A DNA stretch of 64,000 nucleotides from Planctomycetota bacterium (GCA_038227875.1 JBBRPR010000022.1:66067-130066), one strand, 5' to 3'. Counted from the first letter of the stretch, positions 37,059 to 47,116 are shown. Numbers and translations are program-made. Notes: generated by a model not told the origin, from the sequence alone.

Positions 37059-37130
37059 ACCTCTCTTCAGGGAGAGACCGACAGCTCCAGACTCTGTCGA
37101 AAGAGAGACTCTCGAAAGCGGCGCCCAGTG

Positions 37131-39137
37131 CTAAGCGCGAAGAGTGCGCACGCGCCGTCCCAGCGCTCGCACGATGTCCGGCAAGTCGAAGTGCTTCAGC
37201 ACGCCGTGCGGAAAGTTCGCCGCGGGCCAGCGCACGATCGGCGTTAGTGCCCAGGCATCAAACGACTTCGGCAAGTTGCGCAAGGTTACGGTCGCGACAC
37301 GGCTGCAAAGCAGCCCCGCGAACGCCGCCAGGATCGCGCCCTGGCCGTGGCCCACCAGATCCACGCGCGTGGCCCCGTCGTGAATCAGCAGATCGAGCGT
37401 GCGGAGCACATCGAACACGCGCCGCCCCAGGTAGCTTTCGCCAAACAGAATGCCGTGGCCATGGCACATGTAGTCGAGGCCATAAGGTTCGAAGAAATCC
37501 GTGGCGGGCGGCTGAATCGGCATCGACTCACCGGTGCCTCGGACATCCAGCGCGTAAAATCCCGCTTGGCCACGCCATTTTCCCGTGAGCGCACGGTCGT
37601 TGAGTTCGGCCTCGGCGCTTAGATGCGGAAGATAGAGCGTGATCCGAGATTCCACGTCCAGCGTGTGGCCGTCCGTGCTCATCGGCTTGAATAAAAACGC
37701 GCGAATGCCGCTGACCCGGGATGCGTCTCCGTTCTTTCCATTCTCTGTCTCCACCGCAAACCGCGCGGCGCGAAAATGCTCATACGAATTCGGACGCAGG
37801 ACGCGGTACTCGGGCGGGTTCGCTGTGCCGCCAGGCGTACCGGGTCGGGGTTCCAGTTGCAGGACCCTGCGGACACGCTGAGCCAATACCGCGCGCGTAC
37901 GCGCGGGACGCGCCTGGCGCTCCGCAATCTGCTTTTTCGCAATTGCGGCGATCTGCTCAAAGATCGGCGTCGCACCCGCCGCGATCACATTTCCGCGCGG
38001 GGTGACATTCAACTTTTCGTGGACATCGACACATTCCCGATCCGACAGCTTCTTGACGCGACCCATCAGGCCCGCGTGGCGCGCAAAGAATTGAACCATT
38101 GCGTCCTGATTGTGATGCGAATAGCCGTGCCCCGATGGGCCGACGAAGAGCTCCACGTTGCGCGGCGGCGCCTTGAGCAATTCAAAGAAGCGGCGGATTT
38201 CCACGTGAGCTTCCTGCAGCCCGCGCCGGTCGAAGAAATCGAATTTCTGGCCCAGAAGAATCGCCGGTACCGGCGCGCGCGCGATGATGAAGTCGGCCAT
38301 CTCCAGGCCGGCGGCGAGCACCCCCGGCGGATACTGTTCGCAATCGGCGGGGAGTTCGTTCTCCAAATTTCGCGCGAACGACGTGACGAAACAGCTGGGC
38401 GCCGCCATCGTCAGCCGCGGTTCGATTGCCCAGTTCCACGTCGTCATCGTGCCGCCGCCGGAATTGCCCGTCACGCCGATGTGGCGCGGGTCGAGTTCCG
38501 GGCGCGTCAGCAGATAATCCAGCGCACGAATGCCGTCCCACGCGCGCCACATGCCGAAGAATTCGCCGACGAGTTCCAGCTGCTTGCCCATCATGTTGTG
38601 CGCGAAACAGCAGCTGGCGGAGAGATCCGCGCGCTCCTTTTTGGGTAGCATGAAATACTGGTCGCGCTCACCCTGATTGAACGGATCGATAATCAGCGTC
38701 ATGAATCCCGCCGAGGCCAGCCGCTGCGCGAACGCCTGGTATTTGGGCTCCCGTTTTCCCGCCAGCGAATGCCCGCAATCGGCGAGCACGCCGGGTGCGC
38801 GGCGATTACGGCTGCAGCCGTGCGGCAGGTACAAATTCGCCGTGACAAAGCATCCCGGCCGGCTTTCAAATAGAATCTTCTCGATGCGGCAGACGTCAAT
38901 CTCGACGGTTCCTGTAACGCGCGCGTTCAACGGCGTTTTCGCGGGGCGCGGCGAGAACGCACGCGCTATCGCCTCCTGCACGCGCTCCTGGTAGCGCAAC
39001 GCATCGCGGTGCGTGCGCAACGCCGCCAGCCGCGCGGACCGTTCGCGCCGCATCTCGCGAATCCGCGCGATGTAGTCGTCGACCACCATCATCGGATGTG
39101 TGTTTGTGCGCAATACGGGCGTGACGTTGAGCTTCAT
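37131..39137 (-). CDS. Two-domain alpha/beta hydrolase (acetylxylan esterase-like)
   Basis: FESRPG..VTANLYLP, CGH, WDGIRALDYL and nucleophile motif GNSGGG; second degenerate hydrolase domain (DVRGTGE). Confidence 0.85.
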   Translation of the reverse strand: MKLNVTPVLRTNTHPMMVVDDYIARIREMRRERSARLAALRTHRDALRYQERVQEAIARAFSPRPAKTPLNARVTGTVEIDVCRIEKILFESRPGCFVTANLYLPHGCSRNRRAPGVLADCGHSLAGKREPKYQAFAQRLASAGFMTLIIDPFNQGERDQYFMLPKKERADLSASCCFAHNMMGKQLELVGEFFGMWRAWDGIRALDYLLTRPELDPRHIGVTGNSGGGTMTTWNWAIEPRLTMAAPSCFVTSFARNLENELPADCEQYPPGVLAAGLEMADFIIARAPVPAILLGQKFDFFDRRGLQEAHVEIRRFFELLKAPPRNVELFVGPSGHGYSHHNQDAMVQFFARHAGLMGRVKKLSDRECVDVHEKLNVTPRGNVIAAGATPIFEQIAAIAKKQIAERQARPARTRAVLAQRVRRVLQLEPRPGTPGGTANPPEYRVLRPNSYEHFRAARFAVETENGKNGDASRVSGIRAFLFKPMSTDGHTLDVESRITLYLPHLSAEAELNDRALTGKWRGQAGFYALDVRGTGESMPIQPPATDFFEPYGLDYMCHGHGILFGESYLGRRVFDVLRTLDLLIHDGATRVDLVGHGQGAILAAFAGLLCSRVATVTLRNLPKSFDAWALTPIVRWPAANFPHGVLKHFDLPDIVRALGRRVRTLRA

Positions 39138-39202
39138 CGGCGCTGGTGTCTCTCTGATTTGATTGAATTGGAAGACGCCACAATCTAAATCAAACTCCTG
39201 CG

Positions 39203-40321
39203 CTATGCATTCTTATAATCCCGCACCTGTTCGGTCGCGTAATGTTGACCAAATCGATTGGCCAGAAACGCATCGAGACCGATCTGCTCCTGCCGCACGA
39301 ATCCGCGAGGCGGAAGCTTTCCTGCCGCATGCAAGTCGACGGCCGCGCAGATCGCCGCGGCTGTGGTGATCTGGATGGCGCTCCAGTGTTCGCCATACAT
39401 CTGCTTGTGGTAAATCTTCCGCGCGTCGGTCACCTGCGTCAGGTAGCCGTTGCGGTATCCAGTGACCGTACAGAAAACCAGCACCACGTCCTGCAGCGTG
39501 ATCGGGACGGAGTTCTCCAGGATGTCCTTCAATATCGAACGCCGTTCCGACAGGCGCAGTCCGTTGACCAGAAATGCCATCAGCTCGCGGTGGCCCTCGT
39601 AACGCACCGTCTTGTAGTCGAGCGTGCGAACCTTGCCCGAAAGGGTGTCGCAGAGCGTTCCCAGTCCGCCGGATGTGTTGAACGCTTCGTAGTCCATGCC
39701 GTCGAGTGAGAAATGCTCCAAGCCCTCCAGCGGCAGAATCTCGATTTTCTTCCCGGCGTGAATTGCTTCGCACAGGTTGCAGTACTCGTTGATCAGGCCG
39801 TCGGTCGACCAGGTCAGATTGTATTTCATCGCGTTGGACGGAAATTGCGGCAGCGCGCCGACGCGCATACGGACTTCGTCGAGCTTGTCGAAACCACGCG
39901 CGAGTTCATACGCGGCGATGCAGATGAATCCGGGCGCCAGCCCGCACTGTGGCATGAAGATCTGCCCGTTCCTGGCGCTCAACGCAAAATTCTGGATCGC
40001 CCTGGTCGTGGCAACGTCTTCCGTCAGATCGAAGTAGCTGATCCCCGCCGCCAGCGCCGCTTCGGCAATGCGGATGTTGGCGTCGAACGTGCAAGCAGAG
40101 ACGACCGTCTGCACGCCGGCCATCGCCTGCCGCAGCGCCGCCGAGTCGGAAATGTCGAGTTTCAATGTCTTGACCTTCTGCCCTGACAGGCCCGCCGCGA
40201 GACGGTCCAGCGCCCGCGCATCGACATCCGCGACGACCACGTCGTAATCTCCGCAATGCGCCAGCAGTTTGGCGATTGCGCTGCCGATTTTTCCGGCGCC
40301 CAGCAGGAGCAGTTTGTGCAT
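39203..40321 (-). CDS. Saccharopine dehydrogenase family, L-lysine 6-dehydrogenase-like
   Basis: GAGKIG, YFDLTED, PQCGLAPGF, VGALP.FP.N.MKYNLTWSTDGLINEY and EAFNTSGGLG. Confidence 0.88.
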   Translation of the reverse strand: MHKLLLLGAGKIGSAIAKLLAHCGDYDVVVADVDARALDRLAAGLSGQKVKTLKLDISDSAALRQAMAGVQTVVSACTFDANIRIAEAALAAGISYFDLTEDVATTRAIQNFALSARNGQIFMPQCGLAPGFICIAAYELARGFDKLDEVRMRVGALPQFPSNAMKYNLTWSTDGLINEYCNLCEAIHAGKKIEILPLEGLEHFSLDGMDYEAFNTSGGLGTLCDTLSGKVRTLDYKTVRYEGHRELMAFLVNGLRLSERRSILKDILENSVPITLQDVVLVFCTVTGYRNGYLTQVTDARKIYHKQMYGEHWSAIQITTAAAICAAVDLHAAGKLPPRGFVRQEQIGLDAFLANRFGQHYATEQVRDYKNA

Positions 40322-40378
40322 CGGCGTGTGTGTTCCCTTTTTAATTTCGAGTCTCGATTGAACTGGAGGAGGCGCGCG

Positions 40379-41581
40379 TTATTCCGCAGTCCAGCGCGGG
40401 AGTTCGCAGCGCAGCGCCCCGTCCTGGCGGTACCCCAGCGCGTATTCGGCCTGGATGATCTGCTGGATTTCTTTGCTGCCCTCGTAGATCACCGCCCCGC
40501 GGCTGTTGCGCCAGAAGCGTTCGACAGGAAATTCATTGCTGAATCCGTATGCGCCGTGGATTTCGATGGCATGGTCGGCGGCCTGTTGGGCGTTGACCGT
40601 GTTGGTCCACTTTGCCAATGCCACTTCGCGCGTGCATCGCTGTCCCTGGTTCTTCATCCAGCCGCAGCGGCGCACAAGCAGGTCTCCGGTATCACGGCTC
40701 TGAACCATGAACGCGATCATCTGCTGAACGAGCTGATGCTTGCCGATCTCACGCTTAAACGACGTCCGCTCGTGACAGTACTTGGTGCTCGCGTCCAGGC
40801 ACGCGCGAATCAGTCCGATGGATCCGGCTGCCACGGTATAGCGACCGTTGTCCAGCGCCGACATTGCGATGCGAAAACCTTCGTCGCGGTGGCCGAGCAG
40901 GTTCTCTTCAGGAATTTCGACATCGCTGAACGCCACGCCGCCGGTGACGCCGCCGCGCACGCCGAGTTTGCCGTGCAATTCGTAGGGCTTCACGCCCTTC
41001 CAATTGCGCTCGACGATGAACGCGCTGATGCCGGAATGGTCGCGCTTCTCCTGCTTCTCGCGGTCGGTGTGCGCCATCACCAGGTACTGGTCGGCGACGG
41101 TGCTGAGACTGATCCAGATTTTCTCGCCGTTGAGGACATAGCGGCTGCCCTTCTTCTCGGCGAAGGCCTGGATGCCCGCGACGTCCGTGCCCGCCGCCGG
41201 TTCGGTCAAGCAGAAGGTCGCCAGCTTTTCGCCGCGCGCCAGCGGTGCGAGGTACTTCTGCTTCTGCGCCTCCGTCCCCCATTGCAGCAGCGCGCAGGAA
41301 TGCAGGCCGTTGTGGACCGAGACGATCACGCGCGCGGACGAGTCGACGTATTCAAATTCATCGCTGAGAATCGCGAGCGTGTGGTAGTCGAGACCCAGGC
41401 CGCCATACTTTTTCGGGATGCTGCAGCCCAGGAAGCCTTCCTCGCCCATTTTTCGATAGATGGACGGATCAGCCTTCGCCTCTGCGTCGCGCTCGCGCGC
41501 GCCCGGCGCAACGACGCGCTTCGCAAAATCGCGCGCGGCTTCTCGAAAACTTTCGTGATCCGCGTTGTACGAAAGATCCAT
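40379..41581 (-). CDS. Acyl-CoA dehydrogenase (possibly glutaryl-CoA dehydrogenase-like)
   Basis: FCLTEPAAGTD, LNGEKIWIS, IHGAYG and IYEGS. Substrate is inferred only. Confidence 0.9.
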   Translation of the reverse strand: MDLSYNADHESFREAARDFAKRVVAPGARERDAEAKADPSIYRKMGEEGFLGCSIPKKYGGLGLDYHTLAILSDEFEYVDSSARVIVSVHNGLHSCALLQWGTEAQKQKYLAPLARGEKLATFCLTEPAAGTDVAGIQAFAEKKGSRYVLNGEKIWISLSTVADQYLVMAHTDREKQEKRDHSGISAFIVERNWKGVKPYELHGKLGVRGGVTGGVAFSDVEIPEENLLGHRDEGFRIAMSALDNGRYTVAAGSIGLIRACLDASTKYCHERTSFKREIGKHQLVQQMIAFMVQSRDTGDLLVRRCGWMKNQGQRCTREVALAKWTNTVNAQQAADHAIEIHGAYGFSNEFPVERFWRNSRGAVIYEGSKEIQQIIQAEYALGYRQDGALRCELPRWTAE

Positions 41582-41613
41582 GGTGTGAACGTCTCCAGAT
41601 GTGCTGCGTGAGC

Positions 41614-43827
41614 TTAGAGTTCGATGCTGACATCGGCGGTCATCGAGACCGTCTTGTCTTTGCCGTTGGCCTTGATCGTGTAGGCCGAGACGTCGGTCCG
41701 GGCGATCTTCACTTTCTGTTTGCCGTTTTCCGCGAACTGGCCCTGCCCGGCGGCTTTGTACTCAGCCAGCGGAATAACCAGCACGCCCTTGTCGTCGGCC
41801 TTCTGCTTGATCACCTCCTTGCCGCTCTTCTCGAGCACGATCACTTCCGCGTTGGGCGCGGTTTTGACGGTGAGCAGCCAGCCGAATTCGTACTCGGAGA
41901 CGTAGTTGGTCGTGTAGTCGTTGACCTCGGCCTGGAACGTCATGCCTTCGAATTTATTGCCGTAGAAGCCGACGTTGTGCGTGGGAAATTTGTACCAGCC
42001 CAGCACAATCGGCACGAAATCCGACGCGCCCGGCGCCTTGCGAAACGTGTTGCCACGGAACGACGCGTTGGCCGCCGGCCCATACATCGTGCCGATCCAC
42101 ACCGGCGTCACGTTGCTGATGATCGTGTTGTCAGTGTACGTGCCGCCGTTTTCCGAGCCGCCGATGTAGAGGGCGTACGCGCCGTGCTTCTCGTCGTTGA
42201 CGCCGTCCTTTTGTTCGACGGTAATCGCGTTGTCGTGGACGAAATTCTGCTCGCCGCCCACACTCATGAAAATGCCGTAGACCATCGGCTTGTAGCCGGC
42301 ATCCGCCTGCGGAAACGCGTGGCCGATCACCTGAATCTTGTTGTGATGAATCGTGTTGTTGCCGCACCAGCCCTTGGCGTCGCCCTTTTTCGCGTCGTAG
42401 TCGGTCACGCGGATGGCGCTGACGCTGTAATCGGCCTGCGCGTATTCGTTGACCGGCGGCGAGGCTTCGATGCGGAATTCGTTCTCGCAGACCTCCACGC
42501 CCTGCTGCTTGAAGATCAGGATTCCCGATCCCTGTTCGGGCTGAAACTTATTCTTGTAAACCTTCGTATTGTTGCCGCCCGGTGAACAACTGTAGTGATT
42601 GACCACGTGCTGCTTGTTCACGAACAGGTTGTCGTGAATCTTCGAGTTGTCGCCGCGCACGGTCAACTGGCCCTGCCCGCCGATGAACTCCGAATCCGAG
42701 ACGTCGCTGGGCTTGTTGGCGCCCATCAGCGCGACGCCGTAATCCTGCTGGCGGTGCCGGTCAATGATCCACGGCGTGTCCAGTTCCACGCGGCAATTCT
42801 TGAGCGTGCCGAACGGCGCGTCGACCGCATAGGTGTTGATGCCGGCGGCTTCAAACTTGACGTTGTCGAGTTCCACCCGGACGTCGCTGGCGGTGGACTG
42901 CAGACCCCAGGTGCGGATCGCCTTCGAACCGAGCTTGATCACGCCGTTGCGAACCGTGACGGTGCCTTCGCCGTGAACCACGGGGATGCCGGCCTTGGGT
43001 TGGTCCTGCGTGTTCGGTTCGGTGTAATCAAAGAACGCGCAACTGTCGCCGTCGAGAATGCATTTGTAGTAAGCCCATGGCAGCGTCTTCTCGACGATCC
43101 CGACGCCGACATCCAGAGCCGGGCGGAGGTCGACTTCGTCGATGATGCAATCCTTGTTCACCGCTTTCACACGGATGCGGTATTTGCCCGCGGACTGGCC
43201 GAACATCAGCGCAAAAACCGTCCCGCCGCCGAGCTTGCAGGTGCGGTTGGGTTCCGGACAGCACGGCCGCGTGTTGTTGCCGAACTTGAAAGCGCACTCG
43301 ATCGACTTACCCTGCTCGTCTTCCACAAAAATCCCGACGTCCATGCCCTCCCACGCCACCGCCGCCATCGCATAATAGGCGCGACCCGCGACCGGCAGAT
43401 TCACGTACGGCGAAACCAGTTCCTGGCCCTTGGGCAGCAGACACACTTTCTTGCCAACCAGCGGGTGGAGCAGCGACAGATCCTTGACCTGCGCGCCGGG
43501 CGCCATCGAGACGTCCCAGCCTTTCAGATCTTCTTCGAAGCTGCAGTTGGCGACGCCCTGATAACCGGCCGCGTAGGTCAGCGTGTGGCCGTTCAGATCG
43601 AGCGTCACGTTTTTCGCCAGAAACAGACCGCTGGCGGGAGCAACGAGGTCGCGGGTCAGCACGTACGTCGCGCCTTCCTTGTCACAGACGCCGGGCTTCT
43701 CGACGGCGATCTCGCCGGGCTTCAATTCCCGCGGTGCCGTGGTCTGCCACGCTGCATGCGCGGCCTGTGTACACAGCGCGAGGCTCAGCAACGTGGCCCG
43801 ACATCGTTTCGAAAAAAGCGATTCCAT
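41614..43827 (-). CDS. Secreted parallel beta-helix protein with CBM-like insert and C-terminal Ig-like domain
   Basis: Signal peptide (AHA), NVTLDLNGHTLTY, and Asn-ladder repeats (IHDN, VYKNKF, IHHNKI, VHDNAI). Confidence 0.65.
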   Translation of the reverse strand: MESLFSKRCRATLLSLALCTQAAHAAWQTTAPRELKPGEIAVEKPGVCDKEGATYVLTRDLVAPASGLFLAKNVTLDLNGHTLTYAAGYQGVANCSFEEDLKGWDVSMAPGAQVKDLSLLHPLVGKKVCLLPKGQELVSPYVNLPVAGRAYYAMAAVAWEGMDVGIFVEDEQGKSIECAFKFGNNTRPCCPEPNRTCKLGGGTVFALMFGQSAGKYRIRVKAVNKDCIIDEVDLRPALDVGVGIVEKTLPWAYYKCILDGDSCAFFDYTEPNTQDQPKAGIPVVHGEGTVTVRNGVIKLGSKAIRTWGLQSTASDVRVELDNVKFEAAGINTYAVDAPFGTLKNCRVELDTPWIIDRHRQQDYGVALMGANKPSDVSDSEFIGGQGQLTVRGDNSKIHDNLFVNKQHVVNHYSCSPGGNNTKVYKNKFQPEQGSGILIFKQQGVEVCENEFRIEASPPVNEYAQADYSVSAIRVTDYDAKKGDAKGWCGNNTIHHNKIQVIGHAFPQADAGYKPMVYGIFMSVGGEQNFVHDNAITVEQKDGVNDEKHGAYALYIGGSENGGTYTDNTIISNVTPVWIGTMYGPAANASFRGNTFRKAPGASDFVPIVLGWYKFPTHNVGFYGNKFEGMTFQAEVNDYTTNYVSEYEFGWLLTVKTAPNAEVIVLEKSGKEVIKQKADDKGVLVIPLAEYKAAGQGQFAENGKQKVKIARTDVSAYTIKANGKDKTVSMTADVSIEL

Positions 43828-43940
43828 GGAGTTGCTCCTGGGACGGCGTAAACCGTGTGGCCGAATCTGCTCTCAAAAAATACACGCGAACCGCAGGAAT
43901 GCAGGTTCTTCCTTGTACCTTAAGTGTACCGCAATGACGC

Positions 43941-43977
43941 AAAAAAACTCCCGTGCGGTTCGACGGCCGCACGGGAG
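43941..43977 (-). terminator. Rho-independent terminator
   Basis: CTCCCGTGCGG/CCGCACGGGAG stem followed by 7 U on the minus strand, just after the 44015 stop. Confidence 0.8.
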
Positions 43978-44014
43978 GAAAGGGCGAGAATCGGATTTTC
44001 GGACGGGCGCGCGC

Positions 44015-45175
44015 TTACTTTCTCTTCTCCGCGACGGTCGCGCCTTTCGTCGGCACGAACTTAGCAGTACGAATGAAGTAGACGTCATCGCGGCCGTCAT
44101 ACAGCAGCGCGAAACCCTTAAGCTGCGGCAGGTAGCGGAAGCGGTTGTTGATGCCCGCTCCACCGGCTGCCGGCGGCGCTTTGGAGCCGGGGCCGAATTT
44201 GAAGAGACTCATTTCCCACGCGTTGGTGTCGTTGGGCGTAATCACGTAGATGCGGCCGGCGCCATCGCCCTGCCCGCAGTAGTAGAGGAAGCGGTCGTTG
44301 TCCGGATCGTAGTCCATGCCGCAGTAGGTCGGCTTGTCTGCGAGGAACTGCTTGACCGCATCGTTGGACGCGAAGGTGACTTGGAAGGTCTGCGTGCCGG
44401 CCACCGGAGTTCGCGTGGCGGAGATCACCGGATCGCCGTAGCCCTGTCCGTCGCCAAAGTTGAGTCCGAAGATCTGGTTGCGCCTGGTATCAAACGCGTA
44501 GGGAAAGCGCACGCCGACCGGCGCGCCCTTCTTGATCGGGCTGCTCCACGTTTTGGTCGTAGGGGAAAATTTGTGCATGCCCTGCGTCCAGATCTCTCCA
44601 GTCGCGGGGTTGGTGACGACGCCGTAGCCTCCCGGAACATCCGGGTACGTCCCCGCCGGATCCCACGTGTTGGTGGCCAGATTAAAGCCGTCGAGCTTCG
44701 GAAATTCGTGAGCGCCCGGCGTCGTAAAGCGGCATCCCACGAGCATCACGCGATCCAGCGACGCGACGTACTGCGTACTGGCATACGTGTGTCGCGACGC
44801 CGGTTGGCCGTCCGGGTTGTACGGTACGTCGTCCGGAGCCACCGGCGATCCCGCATGCCGCAGGATCCAGGCCGGCGCATCCGCGCGCAGATCGATCGAG
44901 GTCACGCGGTTGTCGCGCGACCCGCCGTGCCCGCCCGCCGCCGCGATAATGATTTCGCTGGTGCTTTCCTTCACCGTCATGCCGGAGAAATCATTGACCG
45001 GCGCGCCACCCGCTCCTTTGGTTCCCGGGATCGGAAACCATTCGTTGAGCCCCTTCCCCGCCAGCCACTTCGGTTCCGCCGGAAGCCCCGCAGTGGGCTC
45101 TGCCGAGAACGCCGCGTGACAACACAGAACACCAACCACGCCGATCATCAGAAGCGAAACGCGAGCCGTTTTCAT
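44015..45175 (-). CDS. Secreted beta-propeller (Kelch-like) protein
   Basis: Signal peptide; GGHG, P.SRHTY, FNLATNTW and YDPDND blade-like motifs. Confidence 0.65.
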   Translation of the reverse strand: MKTARVSLLMIGVVGVLCCHAAFSAEPTAGLPAEPKWLAGKGLNEWFPIPGTKGAGGAPVNDFSGMTVKESTSEIIIAAAGGHGGSRDNRVTSIDLRADAPAWILRHAGSPVAPDDVPYNPDGQPASRHTYASTQYVASLDRVMLVGCRFTTPGAHEFPKLDGFNLATNTWDPAGTYPDVPGGYGVVTNPATGEIWTQGMHKFSPTTKTWSSPIKKGAPVGVRFPYAFDTRRNQIFGLNFGDGQGYGDPVISATRTPVAGTQTFQVTFASNDAVKQFLADKPTYCGMDYDPDNDRFLYYCGQGDGAGRIYVITPNDTNAWEMSLFKFGPGSKAPPAAGGAGINNRFRYLPQLKGFALLYDGRDDVYFIRTAKFVPTKGATVAEKRK

Positions 45176-45360
45176 GGGTTAACTCCTCAACCTGGATATT
45201 TCTGACTACTTTGTAACTACAAATGTGACTACATGCTATTCAGGGTTACACCGAAGGCAATGGGGAAAGAAGGAAAAAAATGACTGCGTAAGGGGAGATG
45301 ATTTAGCTCATTGAAATGGAGGCACTGCAGCGGAAATATTCTTACATTGTGCGCAAAACC

Positions 45361-45382
45361 GTGGTTGCAAATTTGCAACCAC
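45361..45382. repeat. Perfect 22-bp palindrome
   Basis: GTGGTTGCAAATTTGCAACCAC equals its own reverse complement. Confidence 0.8.
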
Positions 45383-45499
45383 CAAAAACCAACGACCTGG
45401 TGAGCCAAAGGATTGAGCGTTTTCCGTTAAGTCGTGAAAAATGCGACCCGGCCTCTAAGACCAGGTCGCTTGTCGAACCCCAAACTTTGACCCTCTGCC

Positions 45500-46900
45500 T
45501 CACTTCATCAAATCAAAGCACGTCAACTCGTCATCATACCGCAGGTACAGTTTGCCATGAGCCGCGACCGGGATGACCCAGCAGGGGGCGCCGGCTGCGT
45601 CGCCGCCGGGGTTCTGGGGTTTCTTGTGATGGAGCCACGGGTGGAGCTTCAACGCGCCTTTGATTTCGGTGACCAACTGGTAGGCCGTCGGCGATGGCTT
45701 CACCAGTAGCAGATCGCCGCGATAGGTCAGGCAGACCAGGCAGCCGTCGACCAGGATCATCGAGCCGTTGCCGGTCTTCGCTTCCCATTTTACTTCACCG
45801 GTCTTGATGTCCATGCAGACCAGATCGCCCAGCGGACCGCCACCGAAGTACCAGCCATTCATCTTGTCGGCCGTCAGCGTGGTGAAGGTATAGACGTACC
45901 CGTCCACGGCGATGCCCTGGCTCAAGCTCTGGCCGTACTTGTCTTTGCCGCCGACGTAGCCTTTCCAGAGTTGCTTGGCGGACTCGCCTTCCACTTCAAT
46001 GCCCATCGGCGGCTTAGCGTCGCTGGTGGAGAGAAACAGCGCATTCCCAACTGCGATCGGACCGGCCGGCGTGTAGTTGCCGCCCCACCCTTTTTCGATT
46101 GGGAATTCCCAGATGGCCTTGCCGGTGCGCGGATCAAGTCCGCAGGCCAGCGTGCCGGTGCTGTATAGAATTTGTTCGACGCCCTTGATCGTGACCTTCG
46201 CCGGCGAGACGTGGCCGTAGGCGGGATTATCGCCGCCCGCGGCCTGCTTGTAATTCCAGACCACCGCGCCAGTGTCCTTCTTCACTGCGCCGACGAGCGA
46301 GAATCCCGCGGGTCCTTTCAGGCCCGGCACAATCAGCAGATCTTCCCAGACCAGCGAACTGGCGGAGTACCCGTGACAGGCAGCGCAGGCTTCAGTCTCC
46401 CAGAGTTTCTTCCCGTCGGCCAGGTTCAGGCAGAGCACTTGGCCGACGCGTCCGGCGACATAAACTTTGTCGCCATCCATCGTCGGCATTGTGGCCGGTC
46501 CAGTGCCCCAGCCGTAGTCGTCGTAGGAGTCCGGAAACTCCGTCTTCCAGAGCGGCTCGCCGCCCTTGTCCGCGTCGTAACAGAAGACGATATTCGTGTG
46601 GCTCTTGCCGTCCGCCTCGTCGCGCTGGCCCATCACGATCAGCTTGTTTTTCTGAATGCTCGGCGGCGACCAGGTACACGTATCGGGGCTCAAGCCCTTC
46701 ACTTCCCAGACTTTCTTCAGACCACCCGTCCAGTCCTTGCGGATTCCGGTGATCGGGCTGCTGGAATTTCCATTGGGTCCGCGTCGCGCCGGCCAGTCGG
46801 CAGAGGCCAATTCCTGCGCGCCGCTGCGCGTGGAAGTCAACGCGACGACCACCGTCATAATAACGACCCATGCTGCCGATCCACGGCTGAGTTTTTCCAC
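45500..46900 (-). CDS. Secreted PQQ-binding-like beta-propeller protein (BamB-like family)
   Basis: DWPARRGP, repeated xxxGxxxW docking motifs (LNLADGKKLW, LDPRTGKAIW, MDIKTGEVKW) and GKLYLR...LTCFDL. GTG at 46900 after AGGAG. Confidence 0.85.
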   Translation of the reverse strand: MEKLSRGSAAWVVIMTVVVALTSTRSGAQELASADWPARRGPNGNSSSPITGIRKDWTGGLKKVWEVKGLSPDTCTWSPPSIQKNKLIVMGQRDEADGKSHTNIVFCYDADKGGEPLWKTEFPDSYDDYGWGTGPATMPTMDGDKVYVAGRVGQVLCLNLADGKKLWETEACAACHGYSASSLVWEDLLIVPGLKGPAGFSLVGAVKKDTGAVVWNYKQAAGGDNPAYGHVSPAKVTIKGVEQILYSTGTLACGLDPRTGKAIWEFPIEKGWGGNYTPAGPIAVGNALFLSTSDAKPPMGIEVEGESAKQLWKGYVGGKDKYGQSLSQGIAVDGYVYTFTTLTADKMNGWYFGGGPLGDLVCMDIKTGEVKWEAKTGNGSMILVDGCLVCLTYRGDLLLVKPSPTAYQLVTEIKGALKLHPWLHHKKPQNPGGDAAGAPCWVIPVAAHGKLYLRYDDELTCFDLMK

Positions 46901-47116
46901 GCGCGTCGCTCCTTTGCTCTGTGTATTCCTTCTTACCACATAATTCATACACCTCGTTTTCAGCGCGGTAAGCCTGCGAATACCGTAGAATACCGGAACT
47001 ATTCCGACTTGCTTTTCTACCGCGTTCGGCCACCTCATTCCCGCGTTTGCCACTCGACTTTAGAGATTCCATCCTTCATCATTCAGCGCTCATTCCACAT
47101 CTCCTAGAGTAAAGAC

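Noticed and set aside
37059..37130. Glycine riboswitch-like GGAGAGACC with several hairpins
   Set aside because: It lies between convergent 3' ends and lacks the CCGAAG/CTCTCAGG core; more likely termination hairpins.
43583..45205. Long opposite-strand ORFs (this 540-aa one; also 26222-27523, 40256-41611, 42595-43851, 57212-58384, 61637-62995)
   Set aside because: They shadow genes with clear family motifs and have no recognisable motifs of their own. This is expected from high-GC codon bias.
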